A DNA stretch of 64,000 nucleotides from the NCBI GenBank assembly GCA_963665125.2, contig CAXXUK010000001.1, forward strand, positions 1,696,001-1,760,000. The letters run 5' to 3'. Source of the DNA: an uncultured Desulfarculus sp. (GTDB taxonomy: Bacteria > Desulfobacterota > Desulfarculia > Desulfarculales > Desulfarculaceae). Made by a program: the position numbers and the translations under genes. Below are positions 33,326-44,285 of the stretch, one piece after another (the first letter of the stretch is position 1; each line of letters opens with the position of its first letter). The notes under the pieces were generated by a model. It did no database searches and had not been told where the DNA came from. It saw nothing but the letters and a program-made list of their open reading frames with translations.

Positions 33326-35214
33326 GCCCCATGACTCCTCCTGACAAATTCGACGTCATCGTGGTGGGCGGAGGTCACGCCGGTTGCGAGGCGGCCCTTG
33401 CCGCGGCCCGCATGGGCCAAAAATGCCTATTGGTCACCATCAACCTCGACCACATAGCCGCCCTTAGCTGCAACCCCGCCGTGGGCGGCCTGGCCAAGGG
33501 GCACCTGGTGCGCGAGATCGACGCCATGGGCGGCCAGATGGGCTTGGCGGCCGACGCGGCGGGCATCCAGTTCCGCTTATTAAACCGCAGCAAGGGCGCG
33601 GCGGTGTGGTCAAGCCGGGCCCAGGTGGACATGGACCGCTACCCCAAATACATGCGGGGCGTCTGCCTGAACCAGGACTCGTTGTGGCTGTTGGATTCCA
33701 AGGCCCGGGGCCTGATCATCGAAAACGGCCGGGCTACGGGCGTGACCACCGACCGGGGACACCGCATCGAGGCCCGGGCGGTTGTTTTGACCACGGGCAC
33801 CTTTCTGCGGGGCCTGATCCACGTGGGCCTGCGCAACTGGCCGGCCGGCCGCATGGGCGACCCTTCCGCCGAAGCCCTTTCGGCCCAACTCAAAGACCTG
33901 GGCCTGAATCTGGGCCGCCTGAAAACCGGCACTTGCCCCCGCCTGGACGCACGGACCGTGGACCTGGACAGCCTGGAGACCCAGCCCGGCGACGACGACC
34001 CGCGCATGTTCAGCTTTTTGTCCCAAAAGCCCAAACTGCCCCAGATGCCATGCTGGGTCACGGGCACCAATGAAAAGACCCACGAAATCATCCGGGCCCA
34101 CCTGGACCAGTCACCGCTGTACGCCGGGGTGATAACCGGCGTGGGCGCCCGCTACTGCCCGTCCATCGAGGACAAGGTGGTGCGCTTTCCCGAACGGGGC
34201 GGCCACCAGGTCTTCCTGGAGCCCCAGGGCCTGGAAAGCGGCCTGCTCTACCCCAACGGCATCCCCACCTCGTTGCCCCTGGAGGCCCAGGTGGGCATGG
34301 TCCGCTCTTTGCCCGGCTGCGAAAACGCCTTTATCGTGCGGCCGGGCTATGCCATTGAATACGACTACAGCGATCCCCTGGACCTGAAGCCCACCTTCGA
34401 GTCCAAGATCGTGCCGGGGCTGTATCTGGCCGGGCAGATCAACGGCACCAGCGGCTATGAAGAGGCCGCGGCCCAGGGCCTATGGGCTGGGGTCAACGCG
34501 GTGCTGGCCCTGCGTGGCGAAGATCCGCTGGTCCTGGACCGCAGCCAGGCCTACATGGCCGTATTGGCCGACGATCTGGTGACCAAGGGCACGGGAGAGC
34601 CCTACCGCATGTTCACCAGCCGTGCCGAGTACCGCCTGAGCCTGCGGGAAGACAACGCCGACGTGCGCCTGAGCCGCATCGGCCGGGACATCGGCCTGGT
34701 CGACGACACCCGCTGGGCCGTGTTTTCGGCCAAATTGGAGGCCCTGCACAAAGCCGCTGAACTGCTCCGGGAGGTGCGCATCAACCCCACCAAAGACATC
34801 TTGGATGCTTTGGAACGCCTGGGCACCGGATCGTTGACCAAGCCCCTGAGCGCCGCCGAGGTGCTGCGGCGGCCGGGCATGGACCTGGCCAAGCTGGCCA
34901 CCCTGCACCCGGCCCTGGAGCCGCTGAAGGACCTCGGGCCCGAGGTGGCCACTCAAATCGAAATAGAAACCCACTACGCCGGATACGTGGAGCAGGAGCG
35001 CCAGCGGGTGGAGCAATTCAAGGCCAAGGAATCGGTGACCTTGCCGGCGGACATGGAATACGGCGTCATCGCCGGGCTCAGCCGGGAGGTGGTCGAAAAA
35101 CTCAGCCGTATCAAACCGGCCAACCTGGGCCAGGCCGGACGCATCAGTGGCGTGACCCCGGCGGCCCTGACCCTGATAAGCTTTCACGTGGGGCGCATGC
35201 GGCCAACCAATTGA
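33322..35214 (+). CDS. mnmG: tRNA U34 5-carboxymethylaminomethyl modification enzyme MnmG/GidA
   Basis: [61 protein letters not shown]. Confidence 0.98.
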   Translation: MSPMTPPDKFDVIVVGGGHAGCEAALAAARMGQKCLLVTINLDHIAALSCNPAVGGLAKGHLVREIDAMGGQMGLAADAAGIQFRLLNRSKGAAVWSSRAQVDMDRYPKYMRGVCLNQDSLWLLDSKARGLIIENGRATGVTTDRGHRIEARAVVLTTGTFLRGLIHVGLRNWPAGRMGDPSAEALSAQLKDLGLNLGRLKTGTCPRLDARTVDLDSLETQPGDDDPRMFSFLSQKPKLPQMPCWVTGTNEKTHEIIRAHLDQSPLYAGVITGVGARYCPSIEDKVVRFPERGGHQVFLEPQGLESGLLYPNGIPTSLPLEAQVGMVRSLPGCENAFIVRPGYAIEYDYSDPLDLKPTFESKIVPGLYLAGQINGTSGYEEAAAQGLWAGVNAVLALRGEDPLVLDRSQAYMAVLADDLVTKGTGEPYRMFTSRAEYRLSLREDNADVRLSRIGRDIGLVDDTRWAVFSAKLEALHKAAELLREVRINPTKDILDALERLGTGSLTKPLSAAEVLRRPGMDLAKLATLHPALEPLKDLGPEVATQIEIETHYAGYVEQERQRVEQFKAKESVTLPADMEYGVIAGLSREVVEKLSRIKPANLGQAGRISGVTPAALTLISFHVGRMRPTN

Positions 35215-35227
35215 AGCACCTTGTTTA

Positions 35228-35980
35228 TTGGTTTTGATTGAGCTATATTCCGGGTTTGGTGGCAGGCTGTTTCAGCGGCATCCGCGGCGCCGCCAAACCG
35301 GCAATGGTTTTATTTGGCCTGCATATATCGCGGGGAGTGGCATCATCAGTTTCAAACGCAAAAAAAACAAGCTGGGCAATACAGGGCTTCAGGCGTCCCT
35401 GGCGGCCATGGTGCCTTCCTGGATCAGCCCCAACATGCTCACGGTGTTCAGGCTGGTGCTCACGTCGTCCATCGTCCTGGTCGATGTCTACGGCCTTACT
35501 CTGTGGTGGGTCCTGCTCCTGGGCTTTATCGCCGGGATAACCGACTTTCTCGACGGCGCCGTGGCCAGGGAGCGGGGCCAGATAACCCAACTGGGCTCGT
35601 ACCTTGATCCGCTGTGCGACAAGGTTCTGGCCGTGGTGGTGGGCTATGTCCTATGGCGGCGGGGCGTATTGCCGGGCCTGCCGTTGCTTTTGGTCATGCT
35701 GGCCGAGACTCACGCCATTATCTTGCCGATATTGCACATAATCAGGCGCAGCATCACCAGGCAGCCGCTGACGCCCCTGCCCCAGGCCAAGGCCAACGTG
35801 TTCGGCAAGTGGAAATTCGGCGCCCTCGGCTGGGGCATGGCCGTTCTCATCGTCGGTCACTTGACCGGATGGGTCGTGGCCGACGGCATCGGCATGTTCG
35901 GCATGTGGTTTGCCGTTGTGTTGGGCTGGATGGCCTTTGCCCGTTATATTTATGACTGGGCCAAGGGAGAATGGGCCTGA
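35228..35980 (+). CDS. CDP-alcohol phosphatidyltransferase family protein (true start probably further downstream)
   Basis: PNMLTVFR...DFLDGAVARERGQITQLGSYLDPLCDK signature. Confidence 0.85.
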   Translation: MVLIELYSGFGGRLFQRHPRRRQTGNGFIWPAYIAGSGIISFKRKKNKLGNTGLQASLAAMVPSWISPNMLTVFRLVLTSSIVLVDVYGLTLWWVLLLGFIAGITDFLDGAVARERGQITQLGSYLDPLCDKVLAVVVGYVLWRRGVLPGLPLLLVMLAETHAIILPILHIIRRSITRQPLTPLPQAKANVFGKWKFGALGWGMAVLIVGHLTGWVVADGIGMFGMWFAVVLGWMAFARYIYDWAKGEWA

Positions 35981-36094
35981 CCCTGGTTTTCATCGGGGCG
36001 TCATGGCAATTACAAATAAATCAGTGCGCCACCAATGCCTGCCCGCCTGATCGGCGGAAAGACAAAGGCCAAGCCGTAAACCCGGATCATTGAC

Positions 36095-36835
36095 ATGAGC
36101 GACAAAGCTGGCAACGCAATCCACGAAGGCGGGATTTACAAGGAAACCCATAAGGGCAAGGTCGGCACCGGCGACACCACCAGGGATTCAACCATTGAAA
36201 CCTATTGGATAGCCCACGACCAGGGCGGCCAGGTTCAATTGGAGTTGCTGGACATGAACCACGAGCCCAGCGGGTACAAGGAAACCGTGGAATACTCCGA
36301 ACTGGCCAACCGTTTCGTGTACCAGGAAGGCTTCGAGCCGGTAAAGCAGACACCCCAGCAACGCCAGGCCGACCGGCACGCGGCCAGGGGTGAACGGCAC
36401 CTGGAGAACAATGAATACCTGTCGGCCGAATTCGAGTTCAACAAATCGCTGAAAAGCGAAGAAGACAATGTGCGGGCCAATTTCGGACTTGGCAAGACTT
36501 ACGTGGCCATGGGCGATCAGGATAAAGCCCGCGAGCAGTTCAAAAAACTGGTCGACATCGATGAGTTGCTTGACCCTAAACACAAGCATATTTTTAATGA
36601 ATTCGGCATCCAACTGCGCAAAATGGGCATGTATGCCGAGGCGGTCAAGCATTATCATAAGGCATTGAATATAGAAAAAACCGATGAGAACCTGTGGTTC
36701 AACCTTGGCCGGGCCCTTTGCGAGGGCGGCATGCTGGCCAAAGGCAAGGCCGCCCTGCAGCGGGCCCTGCAAATAAACCCGGAACTCATGGAAGCCAAAG
36801 TGCTGATCGCGGCACTGGAAAAAAGAGGCCTTTAA
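36095..36835 (+). CDS. TPR-repeat protein
   Basis: Several TPRs (VRANFGLGKTY, FNEFGIQLRKMGMYAEAVKHYHKAL, DENLWFNLGRA). Confidence 0.85.
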   Translation: MSDKAGNAIHEGGIYKETHKGKVGTGDTTRDSTIETYWIAHDQGGQVQLELLDMNHEPSGYKETVEYSELANRFVYQEGFEPVKQTPQQRQADRHAARGERHLENNEYLSAEFEFNKSLKSEEDNVRANFGLGKTYVAMGDQDKAREQFKKLVDIDELLDPKHKHIFNEFGIQLRKMGMYAEAVKHYHKALNIEKTDENLWFNLGRALCEGGMLAKGKAALQRALQINPELMEAKVLIAALEKRGL

Positions 36836-36855
36836 ACGGCCTGGAGTAGATTGTT

Positions 36856-37503
36856 TTGATAGCCATAATCAACTATGAAGCGGGCAACCTGACCAGCGTG
36901 GAGCGGGCCTTGCGCAGCCTTGGGGCGGATTGCAAGATCACCCAGGACGCCGCAGAGATCGCCGCCGCCGACCGGGTGATTTTTCCAGGCGTGGGCGCGG
37001 CAGGCTCGGCCACCGAAAGCCTGCGCAGGCTGGGTCTGGACCTTGCCCTGCGCCAGGCCCTCAGCGCCGGAAAGCCGGTCATGGGCATTTGCCTGGGAAC
37101 CCAGATCATCTTTGAATCTTCCGAGGAAGACAACGCCACATGCCTGGGTCTGTTGCCCGGCAAGACGGTGAAGTTCCTCGGCTCGTTGACCGACGAGGAC
37201 GGACGGGCCATCAAGATCCCCCACATGGGCTGGAACCGCGTCAGTTTCCGCAGGCCACACCCCGTCTTCGCCGGAGTGCCCGGCGAGGCCGAGTTCTATT
37301 TCGTGCACTCATACCACCCGGCTCCGGCCAATCCCGATGACATCATCGGGGTGACCGGCTACGGCCATGAATTCGCCTCGGTGGTAGCTCGAAACAACCT
37401 GGTGGCCATGCAGTTCCACCCGGAAAAATCCGGCCGCCCCGGCCTACGGATTCTGCGGAATTTCACCGCCTGGGACGGCAAGGAGGCCGCCGATGCTGTC
37501 TAA
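36856..37503 (+). CDS. hisH: Imidazole glycerol phosphate synthase, glutaminase subunit
   Basis: FPGVG, GICLG, PHMGWN, YFVHSY, QFHPEKS. Confidence 0.96.
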   Translation: MIAIINYEAGNLTSVERALRSLGADCKITQDAAEIAAADRVIFPGVGAAGSATESLRRLGLDLALRQALSAGKPVMGICLGTQIIFESSEEDNATCLGLLPGKTVKFLGSLTDEDGRAIKIPHMGWNRVSFRRPHPVFAGVPGEAEFYFVHSYHPAPANPDDIIGVTGYGHEFASVVARNNLVAMQFHPEKSGRPGLRILRNFTAWDGKEAADAV

Positions 37504-38272
37504 GAGAATCATCCCCTGCCTGGACGTGCGCGATGGCAAACTGACCAAGGGCATCAAGTTCAAGGGCAACGTGGACATCGGCGATCCCGTGGAGATGGCT
37601 GCGTTCTACTATGAAGAAGGCGCCGACGAGTTGGTGTTTTACGACATCACGGCCAGTCACGAGCGCCGGGGCATCATGCTCGACGTGGTGCGCCGGGTGG
37701 CCGAGACGATCTTTATCCCATTTTCAGTGGGCGGCGGCCTGGCGGGCCTGTCGGACATGTACGACGTTCTGGCGGCCGGGGCCGAAAAGGTCAGCGTCAA
37801 TTCCCAGGCCGTGAAAAACCCCGACATCATCAGCGAGGGGGCCAGGCGTTTCGGCAACCAGTGCGTGGTTTTGGGCATGGACGTGCTGCGGGTGGAAAAG
37901 ACCCCGCAGATCCCCAGCGGTTACGAAATCGTCATCCACGGCGGCCGCAAACAGATGGGCATCGATGCGGTGGAGTGGGCCAAGCGGGCCCAGGACCTGG
38001 GCGCGGGCGAGATATGTCTAAACAGCATCGACGCAGACGGCACCAGGGAAGGCTATGAGCTGAATCTGACCCGGATCATCTCCGAAGCCGTGAGCATCCC
38101 GGTGATCGCCTCGGGCGGCGCGGGCATACCCCAGCATCTGGCCGATGTCCTGGCCCAGGCCAAGGCCGACGCCGCGCTGATAGCATCAATGACCCACTAT
38201 GGCGACTACACGGTGGCCGAAATCAAACAGCACCTGAGCGCCCAGGGCATCAAGGTGCGCAACTACTGGTAG
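37493..38272 (+). CDS. hisF: Imidazole glycerol phosphate synthase, cyclase subunit
   Basis: [33 protein letters not shown]. Confidence 0.97.
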   Translation: MLSKRIIPCLDVRDGKLTKGIKFKGNVDIGDPVEMAAFYYEEGADELVFYDITASHERRGIMLDVVRRVAETIFIPFSVGGGLAGLSDMYDVLAAGAEKVSVNSQAVKNPDIISEGARRFGNQCVVLGMDVLRVEKTPQIPSGYEIVIHGGRKQMGIDAVEWAKRAQDLGAGEICLNSIDADGTREGYELNLTRIISEAVSIPVIASGGAGIPQHLADVLAQAKADAALIASMTHYGDYTVAEIKQHLSAQGIKVRNYW

Positions 38273-38276
38273 GCAA

Positions 38277-39089
38277 TTGCTTATGATCGCCCCGGCTGAT
38301 TTGTTTGATCTGGAAGGCCTGACCCATGCCGCGCTTTTCGACGGCGTGGACCAGGTCTGGCAGGCCCTGGACCGCATCAAGCCTTTCACGGCCCGGCTCG
38401 TCGAGCGCGACGGCCTGACCGGCAAGCTGCTGCGGGAGGCCTTTGGCGAGGTGATGCCCGTGACCGTGGTCATTCACCGGGGCATGGCCTATGAGGACAA
38501 TTACTGCCTCATGGGCGGCGATCCCACCAAGGGCTCCATGTGCGTGAGCATCGACGGCGTCGAGGTCACCGACGCCACGGTCATCCACGCCAGCGCGGCG
38601 TTCATGAGCGACGACATCCACCTGGCGCCCGGCGTCAAGGTGGAGCCCGGCGCGCTGCTGAAGGGCCCGGCCTACATCGGCCCGGGCACGGAAGTGCGCC
38701 AGGGGGCCTATGTCCGCGGCTCGGTCCTGGTGGGCCGGGGCTGCGTGGTGGGCCACGCCACGGAGCTGAAAAACGCGGTCATGCTCGACGGAGCCAAGGC
38801 CGGGCACTTCGCCTATCTGGGCGATTCCATCCTGGGGCGCGAATGCAACCTGGGCGCGGGCACCAAGCTGGCCAACCTCAAGATCGTCGAAAGCCCCTAC
38901 CGTATCAAGATCGGTGACGAAGCCTATGTAATCAAGCGCCGTAAATTCGGGGCCATCATGGGCGACGGCTGCGAAACCGGCTGCAACAGCGTGACCAACC
39001 CGGGCACCATCCTGGGCAGGCGGAGCCTGGTGGCTCCCTGTGTCAGCGTGCCGCCGGGCTTCCACAAGAACCGCTCGGTCATCAGGTAG
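38277..39089 (+). CDS. GlmU-like left-handed beta-helix acetyltransferase (no nucleotidyltransferase domain)
   Basis: Hexapeptide repeats; HFAYLGDSILG, NLGAGT, RRKFGAIMGD. Confidence 0.85.
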   Translation: MLMIAPADLFDLEGLTHAALFDGVDQVWQALDRIKPFTARLVERDGLTGKLLREAFGEVMPVTVVIHRGMAYEDNYCLMGGDPTKGSMCVSIDGVEVTDATVIHASAAFMSDDIHLAPGVKVEPGALLKGPAYIGPGTEVRQGAYVRGSVLVGRGCVVGHATELKNAVMLDGAKAGHFAYLGDSILGRECNLGAGTKLANLKIVESPYRIKIGDEAYVIKRRKFGAIMGDGCETGCNSVTNPGTILGRRSLVAPCVSVPPGFHKNRSVIR

Positions 39090-39091
39090 GC

Positions 39092-40237
39092 GTGGCCGAT
39101 ATCCTGCACATAGCGCGGTCCGGCCATTCCGGGCCGCGTCTGCTTTTTATAGAGCCCTACATGACCCACAGCCACCAGGCGTTCGCCCAGGAGCTCGTGG
39201 CCCATGTGCCGGGCCGCTGGACCCTGCTGGGCCTGCCAGGGCGGAACTTCCGTTGGCGCATGCGCGGGGCGCCGCTGTTTCTGGCCCAACAGGCCGCCGG
39301 TATCCTGCAAGAGCCCTGGGACGGCCTGGTCTGCTCGTCCATGCTGGGCCTGGCCGAACTGCGGGGCCTGGTCTCGGACCTGCCAAACGTACCGGCCGTT
39401 GTGGTTTTTCACGAAAACCAGTTGGCCTATCCCGCGCCGGGCCAGGCCGACTCCGCCATGCAGCGCCGGGACCTTTACCTGGCCCTGAGCAACATCAGCA
39501 CGGCTACATCAGCCCGGCGCGTCGTATTCAACTCGCGGTTTCACCGGGATCAGTTTTTGGCGGCGGCAACGGAGCTTTTCGCCAAACTGCCGGACATGCG
39601 GCCCCAGGGCCTGGTGGACAAGATTGCCGGGCGCTCCAGGGTGTTGCCCATACCCGTTGCCCCGGGCGAGGCCCACGGATTCAACCGGGAATCGCGCACG
39701 GGCCCATTGCGCCTTGTCTGGAACCACCGTTGGGAGCACGACAAGGACCCCGAGGCCCTGTTCAAGGCCCTGTTCGGCCTGGCCGACAGCGGCGCGGACT
39801 TCCAGGCGGCAGTGATCGGCCCCCGGCCGGCCCGCTGGCCTGAGGTGTTCGACAAGGCCCCGGCCCGCCTGGGCGACCGTCTGGTCCAACTTGGCCCGGC
39901 CGATACCAGGGACCAATACTGGCAATGGCTATTCTGGGCCGACGTGGCCGTGAGCACGGCAAGGCAGGAGTATTTCGGCCTGTCCATGGCCGAGGCGGTC
40001 TGGGCCGGATGCCTGCCCGTAGCGCCCGCTGATCTGGTCTATCCGGAGTTGTATCCGCCCCAATGCCTGTACCGGCGGGGCGACCTGCAAGAGGCCCTGG
40101 CCGCTCTGGCGACCGACCCGGACCAGACGCGCCGGGGCAATTGGCGAAATCTGGCCAAGGACTTTACCTGGACGATTCAGGCTCCGGCCTGGCAAGAGGT
40201 GATCAGGGAGGCGATCGATGAACCGGAAAATGCGTAA
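39092..40237 (+). CDS. GT-B glycosyltransferase, DUF3524 / GTDC1(QTMAN)-like
   Basis: IEPYMTHSH, LPGRNFRWRMRG, FHENQLAYP, VVFNS, WNHRWEHDKDP, STARQEYFG, LVYPE. Confidence 0.8.
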   Translation: MADILHIARSGHSGPRLLFIEPYMTHSHQAFAQELVAHVPGRWTLLGLPGRNFRWRMRGAPLFLAQQAAGILQEPWDGLVCSSMLGLAELRGLVSDLPNVPAVVVFHENQLAYPAPGQADSAMQRRDLYLALSNISTATSARRVVFNSRFHRDQFLAAATELFAKLPDMRPQGLVDKIAGRSRVLPIPVAPGEAHGFNRESRTGPLRLVWNHRWEHDKDPEALFKALFGLADSGADFQAAVIGPRPARWPEVFDKAPARLGDRLVQLGPADTRDQYWQWLFWADVAVSTARQEYFGLSMAEAVWAGCLPVAPADLVYPELYPPQCLYRRGDLQEALAALATDPDQTRRGNWRNLAKDFTWTIQAPAWQEVIREAIDEPENA

Positions 40238-40685
40238 ACCAAAAAACGAAATCACAGGCAAGACGGAAGTGGAAAAGGCCTTGCTGGAGGCCGAGGTGCT
40301 GCACCTGGCAATGTGTCAGGAAGGCCAGCCCTATACGGTGCCCCTGAACTTCGGCTACGCCGACGGCAAGATCTATTTCCACAGCGGCAAAAAGGGCCTG
40401 AAGATGGAACTGCTCCAGGACAACCCCAAGGTCAGCTTTTCGGCCGTGGCCAACAGCAAGCCCGTGCGCGGCGAAACCCCCTGCAAATGGGACTGGAACT
40501 ATGAAAGCGTGATCGGTTTCGGGACAGCCGCCGTGGTCAGAGACGAAGCGGAAAAGCTGGCCGGGTTCCAGCTAATAATGGAGCATTACGCCGGGCCGGG
40601 CAAATATGAGTTCGCCCCGGAAAAGGCTGAAATCGCCGCGGTGGTGCGCATCGACATCGACCGGATGACCGGCAAGAAGGCCTGA
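40230..40685 (+). CDS. Pyridoxamine 5'-phosphate oxidase / NimA-like flavin-binding protein
   Basis: PYTVPLNFGY, IYFHSGKKGLK, NPKVSF, YESVIGFG. Confidence 0.88.
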   Translation: MRKPKNEITGKTEVEKALLEAEVLHLAMCQEGQPYTVPLNFGYADGKIYFHSGKKGLKMELLQDNPKVSFSAVANSKPVRGETPCKWDWNYESVIGFGTAAVVRDEAEKLAGFQLIMEHYAGPGKYEFAPEKAEIAAVVRIDIDRMTGKKA

Positions 40686-40688
40686 CGG

Positions 40689-42677
40689 TTAAACCAGTTT
40701 GATCCGCAGGATGTCGTTGAAGGCGTCGGCCTTTTCAACGATTGCCGTGACCTGCTGGCCCGGTTTGAGCTTTAGGTCGGACGTTTTGGGTACGCCGGTG
40801 AGCATCATGATGTCCGGCAGCAGGATGGACCAGCGCCGCATCTGGGGCTCCATGGCAATGGCCGGCAATTCCTGGCCCCGCCTGGCCTCCAGCCATCTCA
40901 TCAGCCAATAGCGCTGGCGCATGTTGCGAACCCTGCCCGCACGCCGTACCACCGGCTCCACCTCCTGGGCGATGTCCTTGAGTTGCTGCTTGGTGTATGC
41001 CGGTTCCCGGCCGGCCAGCACCGAGCCCAACTGCCGCTGCACCACCAGATCCAGATAGCGCCGGATGGGGCTGGTGGCGTGGGTGTAGGGGTCCACGCCC
41101 AGGCTGGAATGCAGGCCTGGCTTGGTGGTCAAGTCGGCTGGATTCAGAAGCCTGCGCTGGCTGAAATGCAGATAGATATCTTCCGGGTCGCCCTCGTTCA
41201 GGGGCTGTGACGGAGGTGCCTGGCGGCGGTAAAGGCACGGCGCTTCGCTTTCCATCAGATAGCGGGCGGCCAGCCAGTTGGCCAGGATCGCCGTTTCGGC
41301 GACCATCTCCCTGGTCGCGCCCTCGCGGTCGATGCGCCGCACGTAGACCTCGCCGGTCTCGTCGTCAATGCCCACGATGACCTCGGGCAGGGGCAGGAAA
41401 TAGGCCCCGGCCTGGGCCCGCTTGCGCTTAAGGGCCAGGCAGACCTTGTGCATGTCCGACAGGCGCATGTCATCGCCCAACAGGCCGTCGGCCTCGTCAT
41501 AGGTCAGGCGGCTGTCCACCCGGATGATGCTGCGCTCCAGCCGCCAATCCAGGATATTGCCCTGGGAGTCCAGCTCGACGAAGGTGCTGATGGCCGGACG
41601 CAGCATGTCCTGGCGCAGGCTCAGGGCGTCTTCGCTGAGCATGGGCGGCAGCATGGGAATGCGGTCGTCGGGCATGTAGATGCTGGTGCCCCGGCCCCGG
41701 CCTTCCATGTCCAAAACGCCGTCGCTCTCCAGCACGGCCCCGGCGTCGGTGATATGCACGCCCAGCACGCCGCCGCCCCGGCCGTCTGGCTGGAACGACA
41801 GGGCGTCGTCAAAGTCGCTGGTGTAGGCCCCGTCAATGGTAAAGGTGTGCAGGCCGGTGAGGTCGCTGCGTCCGCCGTCTTCCAGGGCGGCGCCCACGCT
41901 GATCGCGCCCACGGCCTCCATGATTGACGGCGAAAATCCCTTATGGATGCCCTCCTGGCGCAGGGGCAGGTTTTCGTGCTTGTCGAATACGCCCAGGCGA
42001 ACCAGCAGGTTGAAAAGCTGACGGCGGCCGCCAACCTCGGCCAGGCTGACGATCTCCTTGGCAATCTTGGCGCTGGATGATTCGTCCTCGTGGACCACCA
42101 GATCAACCAGCAGGTCAATCAGTCCTTCCGGGGGCTCGGGGAAAGGCGGCTGGCCGGGCAGATTATTGAGAAACTCCACGGACGCGTCGATCTGTTGGCG
42201 GCGGTTTTCCTCGCGTTCGGCCTGGATCTGTTTTTGTTCGAGTTGCTCGGGGCTCAGAGGCAAAAACTGGCCGCCGGAAAGCTTGAAATGCACATGTTCG
42301 TCAAAAAGCGCCCGCAGGGTGGCTGAGAGATGGTCGCCGCCCACGTCGCCGGAAAAGGCCAGCCCGGCAAGTTCCTCCAGGGGCAGGGCATCGTCTTCCT
42401 CGGCCACCAGTTCCCAAAGTTCCAGGACATCGACCTGTCCGGCCATATCCTCCCGGCGTTGCAGAATGTCCTGCAAGGCCTCCACCTGTGCCTGGCGGTT
42501 GCCGCCCGAGGCCCCGCCGCCGCTGGTCATCAACAGCACCCGGCCCTGGGGCAACGAGAGTTCCTTGTCGGCACTGGTAAGGATATTCAACTTGGTTTTC
42601 TTGGCGCTCTGGACCAAGCCAATATTGATGCGGTTCTTATCGATGAATTCGACCAACTGGCCTACAGGATCGGACAT
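40689..42677 (-). CDS. RNB-domain exoribonuclease (RNase II/R family)
   Basis: TIDGAYTSDFDDALS, RGTSIYMPD, HSSLG..YTHATSPIRRYLDL. Confidence 0.93.
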   Translation of the reverse strand: MSDPVGQLVEFIDKNRINIGLVQSAKKTKLNILTSADKELSLPQGRVLLMTSGGGASGGNRQAQVEALQDILQRREDMAGQVDVLELWELVAEEDDALPLEELAGLAFSGDVGGDHLSATLRALFDEHVHFKLSGGQFLPLSPEQLEQKQIQAEREENRRQQIDASVEFLNNLPGQPPFPEPPEGLIDLLVDLVVHEDESSSAKIAKEIVSLAEVGGRRQLFNLLVRLGVFDKHENLPLRQEGIHKGFSPSIMEAVGAISVGAALEDGGRSDLTGLHTFTIDGAYTSDFDDALSFQPDGRGGGVLGVHITDAGAVLESDGVLDMEGRGRGTSIYMPDDRIPMLPPMLSEDALSLRQDMLRPAISTFVELDSQGNILDWRLERSIIRVDSRLTYDEADGLLGDDMRLSDMHKVCLALKRKRAQAGAYFLPLPEVIVGIDDETGEVYVRRIDREGATREMVAETAILANWLAARYLMESEAPCLYRRQAPPSQPLNEGDPEDIYLHFSQRRLLNPADLTTKPGLHSSLGVDPYTHATSPIRRYLDLVVQRQLGSVLAGREPAYTKQQLKDIAQEVEPVVRRAGRVRNMRQRYWLMRWLEARRGQELPAIAMEPQMRRWSILLPDIMMLTGVPKTSDLKLKPGQQVTAIVEKADAFNDILRIKLV

Positions 42678-42873
42678 AATTTGATTAATCAATCTCCCGG
42701 AGCATGAGGTCATTCAGTGTACCCACAGGCCCATGGGGTGTCAACTTGACTCAACGTCGCAATTGGGTTATCCGGCATTCTGATATACAATATAGCCTGC
42801 AAACGGCCCGGCCTGCCCCCCAGGCGGCGATCACCGGTTGCCAACAAACCACCTGCCGCGTTACGGAGCGTTC

Positions 42874-44283
42874 ATGATTCGCCATACGGCCCGCATGGGC
42901 ACACTTCTGATTTTCCTGATTTGCCTGATCATCCCCCAGGCCGCCCAGAGCATGGACTTCCGCCGCTCCACCCTGGAGGGCGAGGTCATAACCCTGAGCC
43001 AGTTCCGGGGCCGGGTGGTGGTGTTGGATTTTTTCGCGACATATTGCGGCCCCTGCACCCAGGCCATGCCCAAGCTGGTCAGCCTGCAAAAGGCCTACGG
43101 CCACGCCGGGCTGAGCGTGCTGGGCTATAGCGTCGACCGCGAGGGGGCCACGGTGGTTGGCCCCTATGCCGCCCGCAACGGCCTGAATTTCCCCGTTGTC
43201 CTGGGCGACACCAAGGAAGCCAAAAGCATCGCCGAGGTTGAGGCCCTGCCCACCACGCTGGTCATCGACCCCCAGGGCCGGGTGGTGGCCCGTTTCAAGG
43301 GTGCCGTGGGCAAGGATCGCCTGCTGGCGGCGGTGCGGCCCTATCTGCGCTCCGGGGCCAAGCCCGCCCCGGTCGCGGCGTCCGAGCAATACAGCCAGCC
43401 CTCGTCAAAGCGGTTCAGCCGGGTCTGGGTGACCCCCAACATGCTGTTCCACGGCAAGGAAGGCGTATTTGTCCACGCCATCGTAAACGTGGCCGACCTC
43501 AACCCATACCAAGGCCTTTGGCTGGGCCTGAACATGACGCCCACCCGCCTTAATGGCGACGGATCGGCCACGCCCCTGGGGCAGGTGGTGCAGCGATATC
43601 AGCGCATCGACGACGCCTGGCGCTCCCACTTCATCCTGTTTCTGAGCTGCGACCAGTTTCCCAGGCTGGGCCGGGGCGGGGCTCTGCGCTCCCGGATGAC
43701 CCTGCTGGGTCCGGGCGAAAAAGTCCTGGCCCGCAGTGACGACTTCTGGATGTCCGACGAATGCGGCGCCGGACCAGCCGAGCCTAAAAAAGAATTCGAA
43801 CAAGCCGATCCCTGGCTGCGCGGCGAAAAGACGCCCCGCCAGACCGGCATGGTTGACGGCCACCGCTGGAACGGCGAGGGCCGCCTGAGCAGCGTCTGGC
43901 TCACCGGCCCGACCACCCATGAAGACCAGCCCGGCTATCTGGTCCATATCAACGCGGAGTTGGACGGCCTGGACCTGGACGACGGCGTGTGGTTCTGCCT
44001 TAATTTCGGCCCGCCCAGCAGCGCCAAGGGCGCGGGCGGCTATTCCTCGGCCCGGCTGCTTCACCGGGTGGACAGCAAGTTTCCGTCCCACTACATCCTC
44101 TTTGTCAGTTGCGGCCAACTGCCCGCCTCGGCGGCCAGGGGCGACTCGGGCATGTGGGTCAGCCTGTTGTCCGGCCGCAACCGCATGGCCCTGGAGCGCT
44201 CGGGCGTGTTCAACCTGACCAGCCCATGCCGGGCCGGGTCTGCAAAGGCCCAGCGGACCGAAGAATTCAAGGCCATTCCGTAA
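42874..44283 (+). CDS. Exported TlpA-family thioredoxin with two tandem C-terminal beta-rich domains
   Basis: Signal/TM segment, DFFATYCGPC (CxxC), LPTTLVIDPQGRV; internal duplication at about 43411-43760 and 43882-44230. Confidence 0.8.
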   Translation: MIRHTARMGTLLIFLICLIIPQAAQSMDFRRSTLEGEVITLSQFRGRVVVLDFFATYCGPCTQAMPKLVSLQKAYGHAGLSVLGYSVDREGATVVGPYAARNGLNFPVVLGDTKEAKSIAEVEALPTTLVIDPQGRVVARFKGAVGKDRLLAAVRPYLRSGAKPAPVAASEQYSQPSSKRFSRVWVTPNMLFHGKEGVFVHAIVNVADLNPYQGLWLGLNMTPTRLNGDGSATPLGQVVQRYQRIDDAWRSHFILFLSCDQFPRLGRGGALRSRMTLLGPGEKVLARSDDFWMSDECGAGPAEPKKEFEQADPWLRGEKTPRQTGMVDGHRWNGEGRLSSVWLTGPTTHEDQPGYLVHINAELDGLDLDDGVWFCLNFGPPSSAKGAGGYSSARLLHRVDSKFPSHYILFVSCGQLPASAARGDSGMWVSLLSGRNRMALERSGVFNLTSPCRAGSAKAQRTEEFKAIP

Positions 44284-44285
44284 GG

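Noticed and set aside
36856..38272. hisH/hisF as LPS-type amidotransferase paralogues because sugar-related genes follow
   Set aside because: HisF has canonical histidine-pathway motifs, and there is no adjacent N-acetyl-sugar amidotransferase
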